Origin: Centroscyllium fabricii
Taxonomy: Eukaryota
Length of the DNA stretch: 64,000 bases
NCBI GenBank assembly: GCA_051313645.2
Contig: JBNRSN020000003.1
Coordinates: 359,910,001-359,974,000, forward strand
Direction of reading: 5' to 3'
Part shown: positions 36,692 through 48,749 of the stretch, in pieces
Numbering within the stretch: the first letter of the stretch is position 1
How the letters are laid out: the number at the start of each line of letters is the position of its first letter
Translations under genes and position numbers: made by a program
Notes under the pieces: generated by a model
Seen by the model: the letters and a program-made list of their open reading frames with translations, nothing else
The model's database searches: none
What the model was told of the DNA's origin: nothing

Positions 36692-37470
36692 ACATAGAAT
36701 TCTTTACAGTGCGAAAAAAGGCCATTTGGCCAAACTGGTCCATACCGGTATTTATGCTCAACGAGCCTCCTCCCACTCTACTTCATCTCACCATATCTGC
36801 ATATCCTCTGTTCCTTTCTCCCTCGTGTGTTTATCTAGCCTCCCCTTAAATGCATCTATGCTCATCACCTCAACCACTCCCTGTGGGAGCGAGTTCCATA
36901 TTCTCACCACTCTCTGGGTGATGAAGTTTCTCTTGACTTCCTTAATGAATTTCTTGGTGACTATCTTATATTTGTGTCCTTTAGTTTGGGACTCCCGCAC
37001 AAGTGGAAATATCTTCCCTACATAGAAACATAGAAACTAGGAGCAGGAGTAGGCCATTCGGCCCTTCGAGCCTGCTCCGCCATTCAATGAGATCATGGCT
37101 GATCATCCAAACCCAGTACCCCGCCCCTGCCCTCTCCCCATATCCCTTGATCCCTATCGAGCCTCCATCGACACATATCCCACCCCATCCCCGTAACCCC
37201 CACATATTTAATCCCCCTAACACTAAGGATCAATTTATCCTGGCCAATCAACCTAACCCGCACATCTTTGGACTGTGGGAGGAAACCGGAGCACCCGGAG
37301 GAAACCCACGCAGACACGGGGAGAATATGCAAACTCCACACAGATAGTCACCCGAGGCTGGATTTGAGCCCGGGTCTCTAGTGCTGTAAGGCAACAGTGC
37401 TAACCACTATGCCACCATGCCGCCCTACATCTACACTATCAAATCCCTTCATAATTTTGGTAACCATGAA
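36692..37470 (-). mobile_element. CR1 3' fragment
   Basis: Minus-strand RNFITQRVVRIWNSLPQGVVE plus 3' UTR; interrupted by a SINE. Confidence 0.85.
37021..37425 (-). mobile_element. Full-length V-SINE
   Basis: Same family as 7027-7438; flanked by a CCCTACAT duplication that overlaps the SINE ends. Confidence 0.93.
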
Positions 37471-38126
37471 GTGACAACAGATGAGAATAAGTGAAATCAG
37501 ATATATGCCAGAGTGTATCACAAAATAATCAGTGACGCATGTGATACACAGTACATAATACATTCATTACCTGTCTATCAGTCAGAGTGTCTGGCTGATA
37601 TGAGAAATTATCACTGTTTTATTTAAATCTTCTCCCCATGCTAATTAATTGTTACAATGCTTGTTTTGAGAGGTCGATTCATTCATGGAATCTCATGGAA
37701 GGCTGAAGCTCCGACAAACAGTAACGATTAAATCAGGCAACGAGAGTTAATTGACGCCCTCCAAATGCAAATGACAAGATGCTTTGTAATACCGGGCAAA
37801 ACAAAAAATGGTGAGGAGGGATGTGGGGAAACTATCACTAATCCACCAATAAAACTGACATGTCATTCTTGTTTCAATTCAAATCTATATGTTCTTTCAA
37901 AGACCATCAAATGAAACCATTTTAATGCAATGTTAGCATGCAGCCAACGACTGTGTATTGCCAGAAGAACTAATAACTCAGATTTAAAATACTGTTATCA
38001 TACGCTGCCGTCTTTGTTTTTTTTTTAGAGGTTTCCTGTTGCATCAGGTGAAACAAATATTATTTTAAAGTAGAGCACTGAGGTTACATTTTTAAAAGAT
38101 TACCTCTATTAAATAGAATGAATGAC

Positions 38127-38401
38127 TGAGATACCTCAATTACGATGGAAGCGAGTTTCTTAATAAAGAGGCTTTTATTAACAAAGAACTGAACCGTGTC
38201 CCCGATGAGTCCGCCTGGCATAAAGGACCAGTGGGCGGAGCGTTCTCCTTTATACTAGCCCCCAGAGGCAGGGTCAGCCGGCACAGGTCCCCACAGAAAG
38301 ATAAAGCATTAACAGATATATAACAAGATATATACAAACACATTAAACAGAACTATATACAATAACAGTACAGTGTGAACCACTCCAAAAGGTTCATCAC
38401 A
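38127..38401 (-). mobile_element. Solo LTR (Gypsy, same group as A/B/C)
   Basis: TG...CA, 275 bp, with GGCTTTTATTAAC about 45 nt from the left end as in A and B. Near-perfect TSD ATGAC/ATGGC. Confidence 0.8.
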
Positions 38402-39046
38402 ATGGCAGACGGTCATGTTTCTACTGACAGTTTGAGAATGAGCTTAATGTTCCAACACCAGCTCTGGTTTGGGATCAGATTGCAAAGTGACATCACAGGA
38501 TCATTCTGCAATCCCAGCAATGGTAAAGTTTCCCACATTTCTAATAATCAGTGAATCCAAGACTCAGTTTAGGTGTTTGGAATGGGAAAACCTTGGTTGA
38601 TCTGAACAATGTCCACAGCACCCCCCTACCCCCACCCCTCAACTGTGGGATCACACTGAGCCAGGGGCTTGTTTTGTTTAGGCGGAGTTGAATTGGTATA
38701 GCTTCATTATTCACGGGTGGAAGAAATGTAGATTTGAGAGGCCCTTCAATTTAGCATATGATCCCCATTCAAGGAATTTTCAAGATAGCAGTATCTCATG
38801 GAGAGTACGACAGCTGAAGGGCAGCTTATTAAATAAATATATCCATAAACTCACACAGAATTTACAATGTGAAAAAGCCAGCTGATTTAACTTGACAGAC
38901 AGAACTTCCTAATTCTCGGATCTAGAAGAGGGAGACAGACTGTGCATCCATTGTTTCCCATGTTGCTCCTCCGTGAATCAGACCCGCTGCAGCAGCTGAA
39001 TTTAGTAAAACACTGTTGCAACATGTTGTGTTTGATCAAACTCTTA

Positions 39047-39804
39047 GGGGAAAAATTGGGTTGTGCCCCGTTTGGGGCGCTAACCTCGGATTTGCGCTCC
39101 TTTTAGCGCCCCGAAAAAGTTAGCGCCGCTCCTCCTGAAATTGGGTTTTAACGCCCAAGTAGCAGGTCGGGCGCTACTGCAGGTGCCGCGCCTCGTTCTT
39201 TAGGCGCTACCACTCATTTTCGGGCGCTGTGGGTCACTGCGCCACGCACTGCAGAGCGACGCGCCGCGGTACTGCTGGCCTTCCTCCCCTGATTAAAGGG
39301 GAGTGGCCCAGCGCGGCTCAGGCCGGAGCCCCGTTGGACAGCCGGGGATCGCAATGCCGCCAAAGGAGCCCGGCACTCGAGGGAAGTGACGGGCTCACGG
39401 AGCACAGTCAGCACTCTGCGGGGGGCATCGGGGAAGGTCGGGGACGGCAGAGGGGGCAGGTGCTGGCAGTCAGCCAGCAATAGAAATGGCCGCCCGGCAC
39501 CCCTCCCTTTAAATATCGCTCTCCCTGCTGCAAGTACGCACCCCTGACCCTGTCGTTGACAGCATCCAGCAGTAGGGCAGCGGGCGCGACTGAAGTTTGT
39601 GGCCGGGGTGCGAGCGGGGTGCTGCGCACTTCAATGGCGTCATCGGCGGCAGCGCAGCACCATGGGGCGCTATCGGTTACCGCCCCCGCCAGCGCCCCAC
39701 TGAATATTGCGGGAGGAACCAGCCCAGGGGCTAAGTGCCTTGCGCCCCATTAACAGCCCTCTTAGGGCGCTAACGGGAGGCACAAGCAACCGAATTCTCC
39801 CCCC
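39047..39804. mobile_element. GC-rich Harbinger-type MITE
   Basis: Imperfect TIR GGGGAAAAATTGG / CCGAATTCTCCCCCC, TSD TTA, and many TAGCGCC/GGCGCTA subterminal motifs. Confidence 0.85.
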
Positions 39805-40637
39805 TTAAAGTGCTAAGTCCCAGATATGAGCCTCTGTTCATTGTTGATTCCCTTGATCTTTGCCACATGTTTATATGGCACATTCAGCTCCATTTCTACT
39901 TTTAAATTATAGATGTTGGAAATATCAGCGAAGGTGGTGGATTACCTCAGTCCTTTACGGAGTGTGAAAGGGCTAACAGGCATAAGTAGATGGCAACAAT
40001 CTTTCCAGAGTTTTTTTTACATTGAGAAAGCTAGGCTAAGGCCCAAAGCCCATGTGCAGCGTAACAACAACATTGAAAAGAGGAGAGAAGGTGAGGTGAG
40101 TCAAGAAGTACTAATTAGATGTCTCAAGTTTGGGCTGTAAAAGCTTATAGGGCGCAAAATTCACGGTCCTGCGCCTACCCGTTAGCGCACTAAGAGGGGC
40201 CAAAGAGGTTTTAGCGCCCGGGTGCAGAAATATTAGCACCGGGCGCAAAATTTGCCAGGTGATCGCCGGCAGCGCTAACCATTAGCGCCCGCTGCTGGCC
40301 GCACGGTGATAGTGATGAAATTCCCTTGTGCAACACCCTTCCTCAGGGTAGCACCGGAAATTCAGTCACGCCCACCTACCTAACGCCCAGCGCTGCCCGC
40401 ACCAGGTTTCCGGAATGCATCCGACGCAATGTGGGTCCGCTGGGGCGCTATATAAATAACTTTCTTCATTTGTTGTGGCAGTCATTTTACCAGCATTCAG
40501 AGAGAAAGAGATTTTGAGAGAGGAAAGACTGTTTCTTGTTTCACTCACTGCTTCCTGACATACTTTGGCCCTCTGGTCATAGGCTTGTAGGTACTGTGAG
40601 TTTTAACCCTTCTGTGAGTTTTGACCCTTCTGTCCTA

Positions 40638-41014
40638 ACGACACGGTGGCGCAGTGGTTAGCACTGCTGCCTCGCAATAAGGAGCTCCTGGGTTCGAATC
40701 CTGCTTGGCCCGGGACCTCTCTGCGTGGGGTTTGTATGTTCTCCCCGTGTTCGTGTGGGTTTCCTCCGGGTACTCCGGTTTGCTCTCACCACCCAAAGAC
40801 ATGCAGGTTAGGTGAATTGGAGATACTAAAAATTGCCCATGAGTATGTGTGTGAGATATAGTTCTTAGAGTTGGTGTTGTCGGGGGATATCGGGAGAGGG
40901 TAGGAAGGGGGTGCTGGGTTTGGATGATCAGCCATGATCTGAACAAAATGGCGGAGCAGGCTCGAAGGGCCGAATGGCCTACTCCTGCTCCTATCTTCTG
41001 TGTTTCTGTGTTTG
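40638..41014 (+). mobile_element. Divergent V-SINE subfamily with the same CR1 tail
   Basis: A-box GGTGGCGCAGTGG, B-box GGTTCGAATCC, V-domain, and tail ...GGCCTACTCCTGCTCCTATCTTCTGTGTTTCTGTGTTT. Confidence 0.9.
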
Positions 41015-41076
41015 CTTCCTTTGATACTATTGGAGCTACACTGGATGGGGATGTTGCCCTGCTACATTACATTGGC

Positions 41077-42217
41077 ATGGCACAGAGATGCCGACAGAGA
41101 TGCCGACAGCGAGCACCAGTCATGGCCAGGCACAGGAGGGCAGACAGGCGTGTGCGCAGGAGGCCTTACCGTGGCAGGGTTTTTGGCCATCAATACTCAT
41201 GCATGAATATGTCTGAGGAGCAGTGTCTGCGTAGGCTGCGCTTCAGGAAGGAGGTGGTGGCGGAGCTCTGCCAGCTGCTTCAGCCAGACCTGCAGCTTTA
41301 GCAGAGGACCAGGACATCTCTGTCGGTGGCAGTGAAGGTAACTGTGGCTCTGAACTTTTATGCCACTGGCTCCTTTCAGGCAGGTACTGGGGACATAGCT
41401 AACATCTCCCAGTTTGCTGCGCATTGCTGCATCCATCAGGTCACAGAAGCCCTACACAGAAGGAGGCGACAGTATATATCGTTCCCCATTGCTCCGGACA
41501 AGCAACAGGAATGCCATGAGGGGTTTGCCAATGTGCAGGGCTTCCCCATGATGCAGGGCACCATTGACTGCATGCATGTGGCTTTGCGGGTGCAGTACCG
41601 CGATGCTGAGGCATACCGCAACAGCAAGGGCTTCCATTCCCTGAATGTACAGCTGGTGTGTGACCACCGAAAGCTGATGCTCACTTTGAATGCACACTAT
41701 CCAGGCAGCACCCACGATGTCTTCATTCTGCGCGAGACTACTATGGCAGACATCTTCCAGGTACCAAATCACCCAGCTGGATGGCTTCTCGGGGACAAGG
41801 GATATGCCCTGACCAACTGACATGACCCCGCTCCATGCGCCCCAAACCCCTGCTGAGCGTAGATACAACGAGAGCCATCAGGCGACCAGGAAACTCATTG
41901 AGCAGACAATCGGCGTGCTCAAACAATGCTTCCGCTGTCTGGACCATTCTGGAGGGGCCCTCCAGTACGCGCCTGACCGAGTGTCCCACTTTGTCGTTGT
42001 GTGCTGCACGCTGCATAACCTGGCAATCCTCAGGACCCAGCCACTACTGCCAGACATTGTTGCAGCACCAGAGGAGGAAGAGGAGGTGGAAGACGAGGAG
42101 GAGGAGGATGTTGATGAGGAGGAGGAACATCAGGAGCATCAGCAGCAGCCCCAACGCAGCAGGCATGCGGTAACTGGAAGGGCTGTGCGTCAGAGGCTCA
42201 TAGACAGCCACTTCTAG
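41077..42217 (+). pseudogene. Harbinger B transposase (HARBI1-like)
   Basis: QCLRRLRFRKE, FYATGSFQ, GTIDCMHV, HDVFIL, LLGDKGY and IEQTIGVLKQCFRCLD; stops at about 41300 and 41819. Start approximate. Confidence 0.92.
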
Positions 42218-42548
42218 GCCCCTGTTGATGAAAAGAGGTCTGCCCTTCAGAATGGCCTGACTGAGACCAACCCCCTACTGTAAGCCGCTGAACGCAATGA
42301 TACCAAACAGGAACCATGCACATTTTCATTAAAATAAATACTTATTGTACAAAAACCACCCCAACAACAACCCCCCAAAACATTGATAAACATCAATCTG
42401 CCCCAACAACAAACCCCCCCAAAACATTTGTAAGCAGAAATGGCAACCCGTCCCAACAACAAACCCCCCAAAATATTTGTAAACATAACTGGCCACGAGC
42501 CTCAGCCTTTCAAAGGACATCTCACTGCTGTTTGTGACATCCAGCAGG

Positions 42549-44637
42549 CTATTTTGTAGCCTCCGGGGAGGTCCTGCCCTTCCGCTGTTCCCCCCTTCCC
42601 ACCCTAATGCTCCTCCTTAATGTCACCCCAGTGGGTGCAGAAATGCTGGTGGAAGGCTGCACAGTGCCTGAGCTTGACACGGCCACAGCCTTCGAAGATC
42701 GGCCTCGACCAGCTCTGGGCTTGGAGGGCCCAGCTTCAGACTGCTGCACCTCTGAATGGGCGGCAGCAGTCTGTGGTACAGGTGGGGCTAGCAGCAGTGG
42801 GGAAGTGGGACCGCTGGCAGCATCAATGCTGCCCTGGTGAGAGAGGCGAGCTCCTCCCTGTTCCACCAATCCCGTCTCACTCCAAGGGGCCCGTGTCTCA
42901 TCTCCCCAGCAATCAGCAGGAGCACAGATTGCTGGCTTGCTGTGGCATATTCAGAGCCCAAGGTAATGGTGCCCGAAGACAGGACGGCACCAGTCAGTTA
43001 ATAATAATAATAATTCAACTTTATTGTCATTATACAATGTACAAGTAGATGAACAACGAAATGTGATCTTGCAAGCTCCCAAGAGTCCAGCAAAGCCGCT
43101 GCGTCTGTGCGCGCCACCATTCCATCTTTCCATCATTCCTCTTCAGCCAACCGCCCCTCCCTGGGGCTCCTTTCATGACCTTCTCCACCTGGTCTTCCCT
43201 GGTGGTCACCCATCCAAGTACTAACCAGGCCTGGCTCTGCTTAGCTTCCAAGCCCTGCCAGAGACCCTGTCCCTAGTCTCAGGAACAGGGATGACGCATG
43301 GTGTCAGTAAGCGGCTGCAAAGCAGGACCGACTGACTGAAGTGCAGCACCCACTGCCTGCACTGCAGCAGTGAGCACCTGTGCAGCTTCTGCCATCTCGT
43401 GCATGGCTTCGGGCAACCTCTCCCCTGCTTGCATGAGCTCCCCGTGGTGCTATCCCGCCTCGGTGAGAGAGGACACGCTCGTCCTCCGTGGTCAGGCCAT
43501 CAGGGGTCAATGACCCACTCTCCGTCCGAGCAACACGCTTTGGAGCTGCCCTTCCCCCCTTGCGTTGCGGCACCCCGCTGGGGCCTGGACCACCGTGCGC
43601 CTCCCACCACTCATCCGAACCCGGCGTGGAAGGCAGCCTTCCCGTCGCCAGCGCCTTCATCCACAGAAGGTGGCCATCCTGCGGCTTCTGCCTCTCCCTC
43701 CTCCTGGCCTTCTGACAGCATCTCCTGCGATGGTTGAGGGTCCGCCTCCTCAGCTGATGAACCACCATCTGAAATGACAGAGATACAAGAGTGGGTTTAG
43801 CGTGAGGACAAGGTGGCGGCAAGGGAGCAATGAGTGGAGGGAACGACTTATTTTGATGGAAAGTGCCAAAGGCGGCTGTTGTGAGGAGCAAAAGGAATAA
43901 GAGAGGAGAGGAACGTCATGAACTCACCACTGGTGCCCACAATGGGGTCGGCATCTCCTGTGGTGACAGGAGCACTCAGGCGGTTGCCCATTATCTGTGC
44001 CACTCGCTGCTCCAGGACACTGAGCTCCAGCAGATCAGGAGGACTGCCGCCCATGTGGTCCTGCTCCCGACGGTTGTGAGCCAGCTTCCCCTGCAAGAAA
44101 AAGGACAGAATCTGAGTTAGAGGAGAGCAAGTATTGCATCTGAAGTGCATACCATAGCTGAACAACCCTTACTGCATGCAAGTGTCTTACAGGCAAAGGC
44201 TATGGAACCCTTACTGCATGCAAGTGTCTTACAGGAAGAGGCTATGCTAAACCCTGCAGCAACAGGCTGCTGATGGATACTGACCCTGAGGGGCACTAGG
44301 TTCTGGCTGAGTGTTCTCCATTGGGGGTTTAGAACCCTCTAGCCATACAGTAACATTGATATGCAGAGATGGAGAGATATAGAAAAAAACCACTTACCCT
44401 TATACCCCCAGTGCGGTCGTTCAATTTTTTGCGGCATTGAAAAGGGGTCCTGGGCACCATGCTCTGGCTGCTGAGATGGTGAGCCACCTCCCTCCATAAT
44501 CACTTGCACACCTTTGGCACAGGCTTTCTCCCACGCTCAGGGAACAGACCAGCTCTGCGAGCCTCCACTGCACTCAGGAGGGCCTTCAAGGCCTTGACAC
44601 TGAACTTTTCTGCCCTCTCCCTGGGATGCCTCTCCAT
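42549..44637 (-). pseudogene. Harbinger B Myb/SANT gene (exons 44637-44398, 44090-43928, 43768-42549)
   Basis: Exon 1 MERHPRERAEKFS...LWREVA...RTPFQCRKKLND is a SANT/trihelix-like domain. Canonical GT/AG sites are in compatible phases. It has an internal stop and an insertion in exon 3. Confidence 0.85.
42998..43252 (-). mobile_element. 5S rRNA-derived SINE (5'-truncated) with Rex1/Babar-like tail
   Basis: Minus strand GGAAGCTAAGCAGAGCCAGGCCTGGTTAGTACTTGGATGGGTGACCACC matches the 5S internal promoter region. Tail is ATTTCGTTGT...AATGACAATAAAG followed by (ATT)n. Confidence 0.8.
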
Positions 44638-46189
44638 GTCGTCGAACTAGGTTCATAGGTGTGGCCACAGCAGCACTCACAGAGGAAGTCAGCAGGGTGT
44701 GCCTGGAATGGGAGGAAGACCCTCACCCTTTAAGATGGCGCCAGCGTTTCTGGGAAGGCGCTGACTGACAGATCAAGCGCTGCACCCGCGTTCGCGGCTA
44801 GCGCTTGAGTTTTCACCATTTGCGCCCTAAGAGTGCCGTGCAATGCCTGGTTTATCGCTGCAATCTCCTACCTGGGCGCTAAACCCGACTATCGGGAAGC
44901 CGGGTGCAAATTTGCACCCGGCGCTAATTTTAGCACTGCGCCCACTGCACCGCCCCAAAACGTGCGCTGACCAATTTAGCCCCCTTAGACTTTAAGAGGA
45001 AGGAAATCCTGGAGAAGCTAAGGATTCCTAGATCTTGGGAAGAATGAGTTGGGATGGACATGTTACAATGACTCTTGATTTCAACCTAGTAAGCATTTAA
45101 AGAGTGGCACGAACATGCAGCATACTATATGACTATATTACTTACATTTCAGTGCAACTATAATCCTAGTAGTATCAATAAAAGAGAGAGTGTCGAGCAA
45201 GCTTGCAATAAGGGAGAGAGTCTGAAAGCTAGAGGTAAGAGAAGCATTGGCTATCAGACTTTTTTTTCGTATCATGCCCAGGATTTTGAGAGAAATAAGA
45301 GCATCCCTTCTCTGGTGGTTCAGTGGATTAAACATTAACGTTTCCTCTCTGGGATCAGGAATAAAATCCATCATAGTATGGTGGGATAAAAGTGTTCTCT
45401 GCTGGCTTTAAGGGCCTTAAGTGAAATGAGTGTGGGTAGTCTTAGTCCAGTTCCTGGTGGACACAGGCCAAAACTCATCAATGCTTCTCGTTTGGCACTA
45501 ATTGCCAATGTTACTCAAGCAGACCTGAGGATGGCTTGTATGGGAAGAGAGGTTTAATGGTTGAAAGTTAACCTCCTGGTCAGGGTGTATTTGAGGACTC
45601 GCCCTGCGGACCCTCCCAATTTCATTACCAAGAAACTGCACCAACCTGTTCAGTCCTTTGATCCCAACATACGTCCGGCCACCTTGTAGCTAGAAGCAGA
45701 AAAAATACAATTTGCTCTTAATATTAGAGCAGAGAGTTGTCCATTAATAAAGATACTAATCTAATCTAGATGATTTAAACAGAGCAGGATAATGCCAGGT
45801 TATTTTGTACAGTTGGGAAGCTAATATATTCATTGCACCTCAGGCCAACTCGTATTAGTCGCAAATCATGGAAATTTGAGTAAAAATCTTACTCATGGTT
45901 AACACAATTCCAACTAATCCATATAACTTCCATTAATTAAAAATCTATTCCGAACAAAAATAAGCCAAAACTGCTGCTGCTTTTAATTAGGTAAAAATGA
46001 TAGTCTGGGACAGTGTAATGAATTTGAGGTACTTAGCTGCTTTAGAAAAATATGCATAAAAAGTTGATGATTCAGAAGCTGCATTACATCCTTTTCATCT
46101 AATTAGTTCATCAGCTGTTGCACAGATTGATATGATAGTTAAAGGGAAAGGGCCATAAACTTTTTTAATGCTGCATAGCTGACAATTGA

Positions 46190-47222
46190 TGGAGAAATTG
46201 TGCTCCATGTAAATGATGGAGATACGGTGCTCCATGTAAAGGATGGATACAAGGTGTTCCATGTAAATGGTGGAGATATCTTGTTCCATGGAAATGGAGA
46301 TATGGTGCTCCATGTAAAGGATGGATACAAGGTGTTCCATGTGAATGGTGGAGATATCTTGTTCCATGGAAATGATAGAGATATCTTGTTCCATGTAAAT
46401 GATGGAGATATGGTACTCCATGTAAATGATGGATATATCTTGTTCCATGTAAATGATGGAGATATGGTGCTCCATGTAAAGGATGGATATATCTTGTTCC
46501 ATGTAAATGATGTGGATGTAAATGATGTAGATATCTTGTTTCATGTAAATGATGGAGATATCTTGCTCCATCTAAATGTTGAAGATATGGTGGTCCATGT
46601 AAATGATGGAGACAACTTGCTCCACGTAAATGATGGAGATATCTTGCTCCATGTAAACGGTGGAGATATTATGCTGATGTCTTGCTCTATGTAAATTATG
46701 GAAATCCGGTGCTCCATGTAAATTATGGAGATATTTGTTCCATGTAAATCGACATAGGGTGTTTCATGTAAATGATGGAGATATCTTGTTCCGTGTAAAT
46801 GGAGATATCTTGTTCATGTAAACAATGGAGATATATTGTTCTATGTAAATGATGGAGATACCTTGTTCCATGTAAATGATGGAGATATCTTGTTCCATGT
46901 AAATGATGGAGATATTTTCTTCCATGTAAATGATGGAGACAACTTGTTCCATGTAAATGATGGAGATATCGCGTTCCATGTAAATGCTGGAGATATCTTG
47001 TTCTATGTAAACGGTGGAGATATCTTGTTCCATGTAAATGATGGAAATAGCTTGCTTCATGTAAACAATGGAGATATCTTGTTCCATGTATATGTTAGAG
47101 ATATCTTGTTCCATGTATATGTTGGAGATATCTTGTTCCATGTATATGTTGGAGATATCTTGTTCCATGTGTATGATGGAGATATCTTTCTCCATGTAAA
47201 TGAGGGAGATATCTTGTGCCAT
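46190..47222. repeat. 27-bp minisatellite
   Basis: Unit TTCCATGTAAATGATGGAGATATCTTG repeated for about 1 kb, with variants. Confidence 0.96.
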
Positions 47223-47389
47223 TTTCCAAAGATTTAGGAATATCAAATAGTATGAAGTAGAATTTGCAAACTGTGGAACCATAAAACATTTCCTAATGGT
47301 CAGTATTTTTGAATGAAAACAAACAAAAAGCATTGACACTCTATATTTGATCTGTATTATTCAGCAGTAGTATTTCACAAACTGGGTTT

Positions 47390-47595
47390 CAGCCTTGGCT
47401 CAGTGGTAGCACCGTATTAAGCCAGTAAGCTGTGGCCTCAAGCTCCACTCCAATCTTTACACATGCCATCTAGGCTTACGCTTTTGTACAATGCGGAGAA
47501 TGCACTGCTTTGTTGTGCCATTAATTCGCGGCCCATTCTGCCCTCCCCAGTGAAAGATCCCATGGCACTATTTTAGGTAGAGCAAGGGAGTTCAT
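47390..47595 (+). mobile_element. Old SacSINE1/Deu-type SINE 5' part
   Basis: CAGCCTTGGCTCAGTGGTAGCAC head and AAAGATCCCATGGCACTATTT core. Confidence 0.6.
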
Positions 47596-48749
47596 TTTGT
47601 TTCTGTGATGATCACATTTCCAATGACTAATGTAGGGATTTGAACTGGTTGCTTGCTACAAGAAGCACGGGTTCTTTAAACTTTTGTTCTTGCGCTTAGT
47701 TGACTTACACCAAGTAGAATGAAACTGGCATTATGTCGCTCCAATGACAAGGTACAGCTCCTGCGGCCACAAAGCTTCACATTCACAGCTTCACATTTCA
47801 ACATTGGCTATCACTGGGTTTTTCTAACTACCACTGGGTTTTTCTAACTACTGATATAATGATATCATGCTGAAATTGTTATAAGTGCAGCCTTGTATTA
47901 GCTATTAAACAGATTCATTTCTCTGCAGTGGAACATTAGAATGGCACTTCACAGCTACAACATTCTAAATGTGGAGCCCCTGATCTTGAGCATGCAGGTC
48001 AGGAGGAAATCAAGAATGAAAAAGAGGGACCTGCCATCTCAGCCCACTCTTCAAACCTTGGTAATGATCTCTGAAGTGGCAGAGACCTTGGAGCAGATTG
48101 ATTTGGGAATGTTGCATTACTTGGGAAGGCCAAAAAGAGGAGATATAAAAAATTAAATTATGCGGAGGGAAAATAAATGAAATTAGGACATATTGCAACA
48201 TGTTTTCCCTTTAATGTTGGCAGGGAAGTGTAGCAATTTGGAGCTTGCTGTATATTGTGGGAAGTGGATAAGCCACAAAATATTCTCTAAGTGACGGAGA
48301 TTTAAAAGGGACATTGATGTTCAGGGAAGAGTGATACGGACAATTAAAGGACTTGGGGCCCTAATTCATGTAAACACTCAACAAACTGGATTCCTGATCA
48401 TTGGAGAAAAGAAATGGGAAAAGACATGATTGATGTTTTTCCAAAATGCTGAGAAGATTCAAATTTAAGTAAATGCAAAAGGGCTTCTCTAACTTGGACT
48501 GTAACTTTATGAATTGTGGATTAAAATTGAGGATTAAAATTACAAAAATTATATACATGTATACTTAACTGGCTTGAACAGATTCAATGGCCCTGAGATT
48601 TACAGGGAGGCTGAAAATGGCCAAAGAACCAGGCAAGGCTTTTGCCATCAGAAACCTAACCGTCTGTGAGTAAAACTTTGTGGCGAACCAACAGGCAGGC
48701 TTGCTCTTTGCCTCGGGGAATCACTCAGCAGAAGTCGTAGATTAGTGTG

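Larger units (their letters stand above)
40150..44984. mobile_element. Complete but decayed PIF/Harbinger transposon B
   Basis: Termini GGGCGCAAAATT / AATTTAGCCCCC, flanks ATA/TTA, and convergent transposase (+) and 3-exon Myb/SANT gene (-). Confidence 0.9.

Noticed and set aside
41077-42217. Domesticated HARBI1 host gene
   Set aside because: It has in-frame stops, TIR-like ends and an adjacent Myb gene, so it is a decayed transposon.
43186-43252. 5S rRNA gene
   Set aside because: Partial and diverged, fused to a retroposon tail, and inserted in a transposon exon.
44163-44246. Short tandem duplications (also about 40596-40633 and 47812-47851)
   Set aside because: Two-copy local slippage duplications with no further structure.
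46095-47339. Repetitive ORFs or CRISPR-like array
   Set aside because: Head-to-tail 27-bp units without unique spacers, no cas genes and a eukaryotic context. The ORFs follow from a unit length divisible by 3.
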